A stretch of 64,000 bases of DNA, taken from Entomortierella parvispora E1425. Lineage: Eukaryota > Fungi > Mortierellomycota. This document shows positions 58,018-64,000 of this stretch, in pieces. A model generated the notes under the pieces. It worked only from the letters and a program-made list of their open reading frames with translations, was not told the origin of the DNA and did not search any database. Numbering within the stretch: position 1 is the stretch's first letter; each line of letters opens with the position of its first letter. The position numbers and the translations under genes were made by a program. The stretch spans positions 2,542,001-2,606,000 of the forward strand of contig BQFW01000002.1 of assembly GCA_020891255.1 (NCBI GenBank), given 5' to 3'.

Positions 58018-60366
58018 TCAAGGCCTTTCCACCAAGTCTCCAGACCTCAGTCGAGGCCAACTGTCACTCATCCACTGCCTCTCGCCTTCGCTGACTCTAT
58101 GCTCATACTTGTGGATGTAGACAGCCCTCAATTTCTTCAACGATTCCAGCTGTTGAACCCCAGAGTCAAAACTCCATTCGAGGGTATAGGGTCTCCGTCG
58201 CCGGACCCACTCCCCCCTGTAGTTAGGCCGAAAATAGCCCAAATCCAGGACCTCCAGATCTGTCCATTTTGCCAACACAGAGAATACCTGATGTTGGATT
58301 TCTCGGGAGCGTTGTTGGAGCATCAATAGTTTTCGACGGCGACAAAGCTGTTGTATCTGCTTCTTGCGCTGCTGCATTGAACTGTGCTCTTCGTTGTCGT
58401 CCCCGCCTGCTCCGTCTCGTCTCCCTTCTCTTCCAATCGCTTCCCCTTCCTCTCCTCCTTCTTGCCATTTCGCTCGCTCGGCTGCTTCATGCCGTCTAAC
58501 TTCATCTAATTCCATATCGGATTGCTCCAGATATATCTCTTCTTGATCTGTCAAGCGAGGGACACCTAGGATCCGACACGAAAACTCTTGCATGCCAGTG
58601 CAAACCCAAGGCTGAGACTTGACCACATCAACGGCTCGAAGGACCAGGTCAGGGCCTTGAATCGATATCAGGTCCTTGCAAGATCGCAACAACAAACAAA
58701 TGGCCAAAGAGCTGCGTCCTCGAAACTTTGTAACCTTCAATCGTTGTAACTTGGGACAATGCCATGTCAATCTCTCAAGGACCTCTGTTCCCAGATTTCC
58801 TCCAAACTCGACTTGGGTCAGGAACGGCATGTCTTGGATCGCGTCAACGATATCGGGTAGAGGGCGGAAGCGTTTTAATCTCAGGGCCAGTTCTCGGACA
58901 GGTAGTTCTATCCCCTTGGTGACGGCCCACGTTTCAGCCGAGCTTGGGAGCGAGCTTGGAGGGCGCTCGGTATGTCTCCAAGAATCCGATACCCCGACAC
59001 GAAAGACTTTGCATTGAGGCATGTACATTCTCAGCAGAGGCACCAAGTCCCAAACCTCATGCCCCAACTGAAGGGCCTCAAATTCTTGTAGTGCCTCGAA
59101 ACGGACTCGGAACGTAGCTAGGCAATGCGCCTTGCCCTGGATTGAAAACTTTCTCAAGGAGGTGTTGACCAGAATGTCTCTTTCCTCCGCCTTTTGAACT
59201 GCACTCTGGCCCACCGCTGGCATGTGTAATTCTTCTAAGTTGGGAAAGATCTCGATAAAGAATCGGACCCGGGAGGCCGTGGTAAGACGACAGCCCAAAG
59301 ATAAACGACGTACACCCGTGTTCAAGAACCTATTCCGCATGAGATTCCAACTGACATGATCTGAAGGCAGAGCAAAGTTGCTCTTCACAGATGTATACGA
59401 TCGTATGCTCAAACACCCGTGACGTTGCCGCTGGGCCATCACCTCGAGCAAAACCTCCTCCGCATCCGAAAGACCTGGTTGGAAATGAGTCAGATTCCTG
59501 TGGGAGCTAAAAATTTGGTTCAAGAAATAGGCCGCGGGAGACTTCTGAAGGAAGAAGGACATGCCATCCGTGGACTGTTCTATAGGATGAACCCCTTCGG
59601 TAGCGTCATTGCCATGTGCATTGTCCGGAGCATGGCGTAGCTCAAGAGTCATTTTTTCAAACGTCACCTGAGACTCAAAGGTCAAACGAGTTAGCTTTGG
59701 AGATTTTTGGATCAATTGCCAGATGGCGCGACCGAACCGCTCCCGGTCTTGATACCCTATGGCAGGCTTTGCAATTATACTAGATATGTTCAAGAGAAAC
59801 ATGTCCTTTTCCAGTGGAAGTAGCCATCCATCGTGTAAGGAAGATGCGTCAGGGGTGACCATGCTTTCTATTCTTGTTGTCTCTTGGTCTGATTCCAATC
59901 GAGAGAATAGACCAGTCCTGAAACCAGACTGAGGGATCCGGCTTGCCTCTGGGATCCAATTGAGATTTAGGACAAACCAGGCTGGATCCAATGTCAGAAC
60001 CAACAACTGGGTTGACTGTTGCTGGGTGATGGACCACTCCACAAAAAGATCAAGGGTCCAAGGGAGTCGAAGATCAAGTTGCCGGACATGGTGAAGGAAC
60101 TGTCCGAGATAGGCGCGTCTCTCTAGGCTCTCCTCTCGGGACTGAGGGTTCGAATACTTTCCCTTGTCTTTAAACCAGAGCTTCCTGAATGTTATCCCGA
60201 GACGAGTAAAGGGTGAATCGTCAATATGGCGCCAATATAGGGGAATGAAGATCTGACGCCAGGCACGGGAGACCTGTGTGCAAGCAGCAAGACTGCTTTC
60301 TCTCTGCATTGCCTGTCCATCGAACGAGAGCATGAGATGTTCGACCAGTTCGGGCAAATGGAACAT
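58018..60366 (-). CDS. F-box-like/LRR-like protein, 782 aa, intronless, intact
   Basis: MFHLPELVEHLM...LAACTQVSRAWRQIFIPLYW F-box. Later segments are FPNLEELHM, HCPKLQRLKV, QPWVCTGMQEF, QVFSVLAKWTDLEVLDLG, TLEWSFDSGVQQLESLKKLR and WMSDSWPRL, the typical family C-terminus. Confidence 0.85.
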   Translation of the reverse strand: MFHLPELVEHLMLSFDGQAMQRESSLAACTQVSRAWRQIFIPLYWRHIDDSPFTRLGITFRKLWFKDKGKYSNPQSREESLERRAYLGQFLHHVRQLDLRLPWTLDLFVEWSITQQQSTQLLVLTLDPAWFVLNLNWIPEASRIPQSGFRTGLFSRLESDQETTRIESMVTPDASSLHDGWLLPLEKDMFLLNISSIIAKPAIGYQDRERFGRAIWQLIQKSPKLTRLTFESQVTFEKMTLELRHAPDNAHGNDATEGVHPIEQSTDGMSFFLQKSPAAYFLNQIFSSHRNLTHFQPGLSDAEEVLLEVMAQRQRHGCLSIRSYTSVKSNFALPSDHVSWNLMRNRFLNTGVRRLSLGCRLTTASRVRFFIEIFPNLEELHMPAVGQSAVQKAEERDILVNTSLRKFSIQGKAHCLATFRVRFEALQEFEALQLGHEVWDLVPLLRMYMPQCKVFRVGVSDSWRHTERPPSSLPSSAETWAVTKGIELPVRELALRLKRFRPLPDIVDAIQDMPFLTQVEFGGNLGTEVLERLTWHCPKLQRLKVTKFRGRSSLAICLLLRSCKDLISIQGPDLVLRAVDVVKSQPWVCTGMQEFSCRILGVPRLTDQEEIYLEQSDMELDEVRRHEAAERAKWQEGGEEGEAIGREGRRDGAGGDDNEEHSSMQQRKKQIQQLCRRRKLLMLQQRSREIQHQVFSVLAKWTDLEVLDLGYFRPNYRGEWVRRRRPYTLEWSFDSGVQQLESLKKLRAVYIHKYEHRVSEGERQWMSDSWPRLRSGDLVERP

Positions 60367-60609
60367 TGTGGATCTAATGATGAGATGAGGAATTGAGAGA
60401 TGAGGAATTGAATGAAGCAATGCTCAACAAGAATGTGATTATTGAAGGGGGAAAACATGAGCGCCCTGCACCGCGCCACCGTCGAGTCATGACTTGTCGC
60501 GTTTTATCTTTTGTTTATTTGTGTCCCCTCGCCTTCCTTTGCTCGTTCGTTTGCTCCAGTTGTCGAAAGGAGTTGCTTTCAGCCTCGTCCATGACGCATC
60601 TTGATAGCC

Positions 60610-61781
60610 TCAAGATCTTAAATTGGCTGCCTTCTCGCGCTGTTCCGTATCCCGCTTCATGGCTTTCTTCGCGCTCCGTAGCACATCCCGTGTTGCTTCT
60701 ACCGCGACTTGGGACGCGCGCTCAAAATCACTGTAGGCCTTGGATCTAAAGTTGGCTTTGACTCTTGAAACCGACTCTAGCTGCGCGATGGCGGCTCGAG
60801 CTCCATTGTACGCTCTCATCAATTGCTCCATGGAATGCGTCTTGCAGATCGCTCCATCTGCAGTCTTGATCAAAGAGGCCGTAGCCACCGGCGCAGCCTT
60901 GGCCGAAGAGATCAAGCCTGCAGTCCAATGAAACTTCCTCTCGTAGTACTCAGCGCTCGTGGCTGTCCCTCGGCTTTGGGCCACAATCTCCTGTTGTGAC
61001 AGGGTAGCACATTTTGCTTGGTGAGCCATGGCCTGCACCATTACCATTGCCTTCTCGACGATCGAGGCAGTGGTCAAGTGAATTATTTCTGGAAATCTTT
61101 GAATGAGTTGCCGAAATGCACGACAGAACCGCTCCTGGTCTGGAAAACTTGTGCGCATCTCTGGAACCCAGTGAAGCATTCTTGCTGGAGCGCGTGAAAG
61201 AAGCATTTCTTGCTCCAGTGGAGGTGGAGGTGGCGGCTCGTCATACAAAGGAGACGCCTCAAGGATGGATATGTCTTCGTTTTCTTTTTGCTCATCTTTT
61301 TCTACCTCATGAAAAAATAAACCGAGTCTGGGACAGATCGAAGGGGGACAACACGGCTCGGCATCAAACGTATGAGTGATCCAACACATCCCCAGTGCTA
61401 AGGTCAACAGATTGGTGGGCTGCTGGTAGATGGTAGACCACTCCAAGAAAAGATCAAGAGTCCAAGGATATTGAAGATCAAGATGCTGAACATGACGGAG
61501 GAATTGCCCAAGATAGGCGCATCTCTCTTGACTCTCCTCGCGGGATTGGGAGTCCGAATACCCCTCCTTGTCTTTGAACCAGAGAGACTTGAATGTTCTT
61601 CCGAGACGGGTTTGGAGTGTGTCGTCAATGTGTCGTCAATGTGGCGCCAGTACAGTGGAATGAAGACCTGACGCCAGGCACGAGAGACTTATATACAGGC
61701 TGCAAGACTGTTCTCTTTTTGAGGTACTTTTATGTCTGAGTGTCTGTCTTTACCCTTTTCTAGAATACGCCCAAGGATCAT
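60610..61781 (-). pseudogene. Chimeric relic: duplicated F-box-like N-terminus fused in frame to an Sla2/HIP1 I/LWEQ (talin-like) fragment
   Basis: 61381-61710 is a clear nucleotide paralog of about 60020-60310. It carries an in-frame TAA (61691-61689) and an 11-nt tandem duplication (61619-61640) that shifts the frame. The downstream frame is open to 60610 and ends in QQEIVAQSRG...WTAGLISSAKA...EQL...AQL...SRVKA. Confidence 0.8.
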
Positions 61782-62091
61782 CCTCCAGAGATCCAAACCT
61801 CAATCTTGGGGCTGGAGGCCACTTATCAACTGCCCCTCCCCTTCTTTTGTTGGAGTCAAAGTTCCACTCGAGGACAGGGCCAGTTCTGTCCACTCCGACA
61901 GCATAGAAAAGATCTGTTGCTGGAGTTCTCGAGATCGTTGTCATCTCCTTCACCTCCTTCATGTATACTCTCTCTCTCTTCCATCAACAAGTTTACAGCA
62001 CGACGCCAAGTTTACCCAAACTTAGAGGCCATTTAATATTTGCACAATCTGAGCCTGTGATCACTTGCATTTTCAGATAAGTTGAGACCAA

Positions 62092-63547
62092 TCAATAGAT
62101 TGGTTTGCGACCAGCCTGCTTCAGCTTCTGTTGGATTGCACTGAAAATCGGCTTGTGTGCCTCATTTGCATCCTTAAAAGCGCTCTCTGCTTTTCTGATG
62201 ATGTCTAACCACCCATTCATCTGTTTTTTCAAGTCTTCGACCCGAATTAGGGCGGCTTCCAATTCATCCGGGACACCATGAACGGGTTCAAAGACAAAGA
62301 CTTCAGCATGTGTGACTCTTCGACCATTCTGCCCACAATTACAGGGATGATCACGTTGCCTCTGTACAAGGACTGCATGCAGGATCTGCTCAAGCAGGTG
62401 GACTCCAAACAGTGGTGAAAGCAGGGTAGTATGAAGGCCATTTCGAGTTTCTTTGACCTCACTTGGAATCACTGCCAAAGCGCGACGATATATGGTCTTG
62501 CACTTATAGCCCTCAATACGCTTATCGACGTCCTTGGAATATCCGATCTTGATCGACAACCTTCCAGAATTCGGAGTATCATCTGCAGGAAATAGAAGGC
62601 ACCAAGAGCCATTAGTCAAAAGCAACAATATATACATTCATGCTGAAGCCCAATAACTTGTCCACGATTACCGTTTTTATACAGCACGGCATACACATAT
62701 CCCTGCGCCAACTTGTCTCGATACTGGCCATGGATATTTCGCAGTTCTTTATCATCACAGTCTTTGTTTGCATCCAGACCCTGCATGATTCCTTCATGCT
62801 TCTTTTTGGCTGCTTCCACAGAGTCAAAGTTGAGGAGGTCTTGAAATTCTTGAATGACCTGACGAATGTTGTCCTTGATTTCACTGGAGTATGAGTAATC
62901 AAAAGCCATCTCTATAATGCGGCAAGAAAGCGAAAGCGGTGGGTATTAACACAACAGATCATCCCTGTTTTACAATCCTGAGCTCTTTCATTCGCTTCTG
63001 GTTACTTACTATCAAAGTCTTTGCCAGATATGAGGACATTCTCTCGGTCCCCAGCCTGGAGTAAAAAGTCCTTCGATTGAGTTCGAAATCGAGTACCAAA
63101 TATACGACTTTTATCATTGAGACAGTGGTACCCACACTGGAACGTTTGCTCGTTGTCATGTGGATGCAGGAGTTTATAGGAGGCGCGGTTGCATTTTCTG
63201 TGAACACAGTCCAGGCGCCACTGGTCAGCTATTGCTGACCCGTGGTCTTGACAGTAGAAACTTGAAAAATAAAAGTTTTCGATACTTTTTCTCTCACATT
63301 CCTGGCAGGTCATACGGGCCCAGTTAGCCTCTGGATTGAGCATGGGGCCATTGGCAAAGGGGTCTGAGTTTGTTTGAACTGAAATAACGGTCGTCTCGTT
63401 TTCTGACGCTTCTTCAGAGGTAGAAAGTGACCGAACAACAGTATTCCTCAGGGGTGCAGCAGGAGCAGAATCCGAAATAGTCAGGCTTTTGACAGACTTC
63501 AAAAGGTCATCGTCGGTGTATACAGTGTTGGATTTTTTGGGGGCCAT
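62092..63547 (-). CDS. T5orf172/MUG113 (GIY-YIG superfamily) domain protein with Cys/His-rich N-terminus, 422 aa, 3 exons (63547-63010, 62911-62672, 62582-62092)
   Basis: Splicing reconstitutes GYVYAVLYKNDDTPNSGRLSIKIGYSKDVDKRI...HLLEQILHAVL...CNCG...THAEVF. Exon lengths of 538+240+491 nt total 1269 nt in frame, with GT-AG introns. Confidence 0.78.
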
Positions 63548-63624
63548 GTTGGGAAGCAAGTGTGATGGAAGGTGAAGCATGATAAAAAAAGAGAGCACCA
63601 GTCTATAATCGGTTGTGGCAGAAT

Positions 63625-63715
63625 CCTTTGCTTTGCCCTCGCTTTGCCTTTGCTTTGCCTCTGCTTTGCCTTTGCTTTGCTTTTGTTTACGTTGCTTCGC
63701 TTTTGCTTTGCCTGT
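63625..63715. repeat. Degenerate (GCTTT/GCCTTT)n tandem repeat between the T5orf172 gene and the F-box relic
   Basis: Reads tttgctttgccctcgctttgcctttgctttgcctctgctttgcctttgctttgc... Confidence 0.85.
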
Positions 63716-63719
63716 TCCC

Positions 63720-64000
63720 ATCTAGCTCGCTCAGCCTCCAATCCGATAGTGGACAGCAACACCAAAATCCCGCATCCCAGAATAAACCCGAGGTTGAGAA
63801 TTGATCACATCAATGGCACGTATGGCCAGTTCCGGTGCCTGAATCGATTTCAGATCACTGCAATCCCGATAGCAAGCAAAGAGCCCGAGAACTGAGCCCT
63901 TGCATCCCCCGGGATCTTCAACTGCCGCAGCCTCGGACAGTGCCGTGCCAACGTCTCTAGAATCCCGGTTCCCAACTTTCCATAAATTTCCGCTTTGGTC
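63720..64000 (-). pseudogene. Frameshifted, internally deleted F-box-like paralog fragment (continues beyond the right end)
   Basis: The minus strand gives GKLGTGILETLARHCPRLRQLKI. After a shift at the C5 run (63906-63910) it gives CSDLKSIQAPELAIRAIDVINSQPRVYSGMRDF, then EAERARWE in a further frame. These are colinear with GNLGTEVLERLTWHCPKLQRLKV...CKDLISIQGPDLVLRAVDVVKSQPWVCTGMQEF...EAAERAKWQE of the 58018-60366 gene. Confidence 0.75.

Noticed and set aside
60383-60413. Short direct duplication (gagatgaggaattga twice) just upstream of the intact F-box ATG
   Set aside because: It is too short and lacks paired flanking context to call a target-site duplication. Slippage is the likelier cause.
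1-64000. tRNA, rRNA, snoRNA, CRISPR arrays, intact transposase or reverse transcriptase genes
   Set aside because: None recognised by eye. Small ncRNAs in introns or intergenic regions cannot be excluded without tRNAscan-SE or Infernal.

Overview
This is a eukaryotic, intron-rich fungal window of about 64 kb. Short GT-AG introns and the F-box/LRR-like, Kelch-transmembrane and Sel1-repeat gene families point to Mortierellaceae (inference). I can reconstruct about 23 protein-coding genes and 2 pseudogenes. Housekeeping genes are a WDFY3/Alfy-like BEACH protein (runs off the left end), importin-9, TFB5, an RSC1-like double-bromodomain/BAH protein, RPL10, OTU1, GGA, an HD-domain nucleotidase, a bZIP factor, a Baeyer-Villiger monooxygenase and a calmodulin-like protein. 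They are interleaved with lineage-specific adaptor-type genes. The most notable observations are: (1) two tandem Sel1-repeat genes whose first exons, missed by the ORF track, both carry a conserved PPAY (PPxY/PY) motif, suggesting Rsp5/Nedd4-recruiting repeat adaptors; (2) a decaying F-box paralog cluster at the right end, containing a chimera of an F-box-like N-terminus and an Sla2/HIP1 I/LWEQ actin-binding fragment, plus an intact T5orf172/GIY-YIG-family gene between two F-box relics; (3) a roughly 522-aa protein resembling only the C-terminal part of CTC1; (4) an HD nucleotidase with an extra N-terminal, possibly beta-grasp, domain; (5) an 8-nt micro-exon carrying part of the OTU1 catalytic His motif. 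I recognised no rRNA, tRNA, CRISPR array or intact transposon. All family calls come from reading motifs by eye, with no database search.
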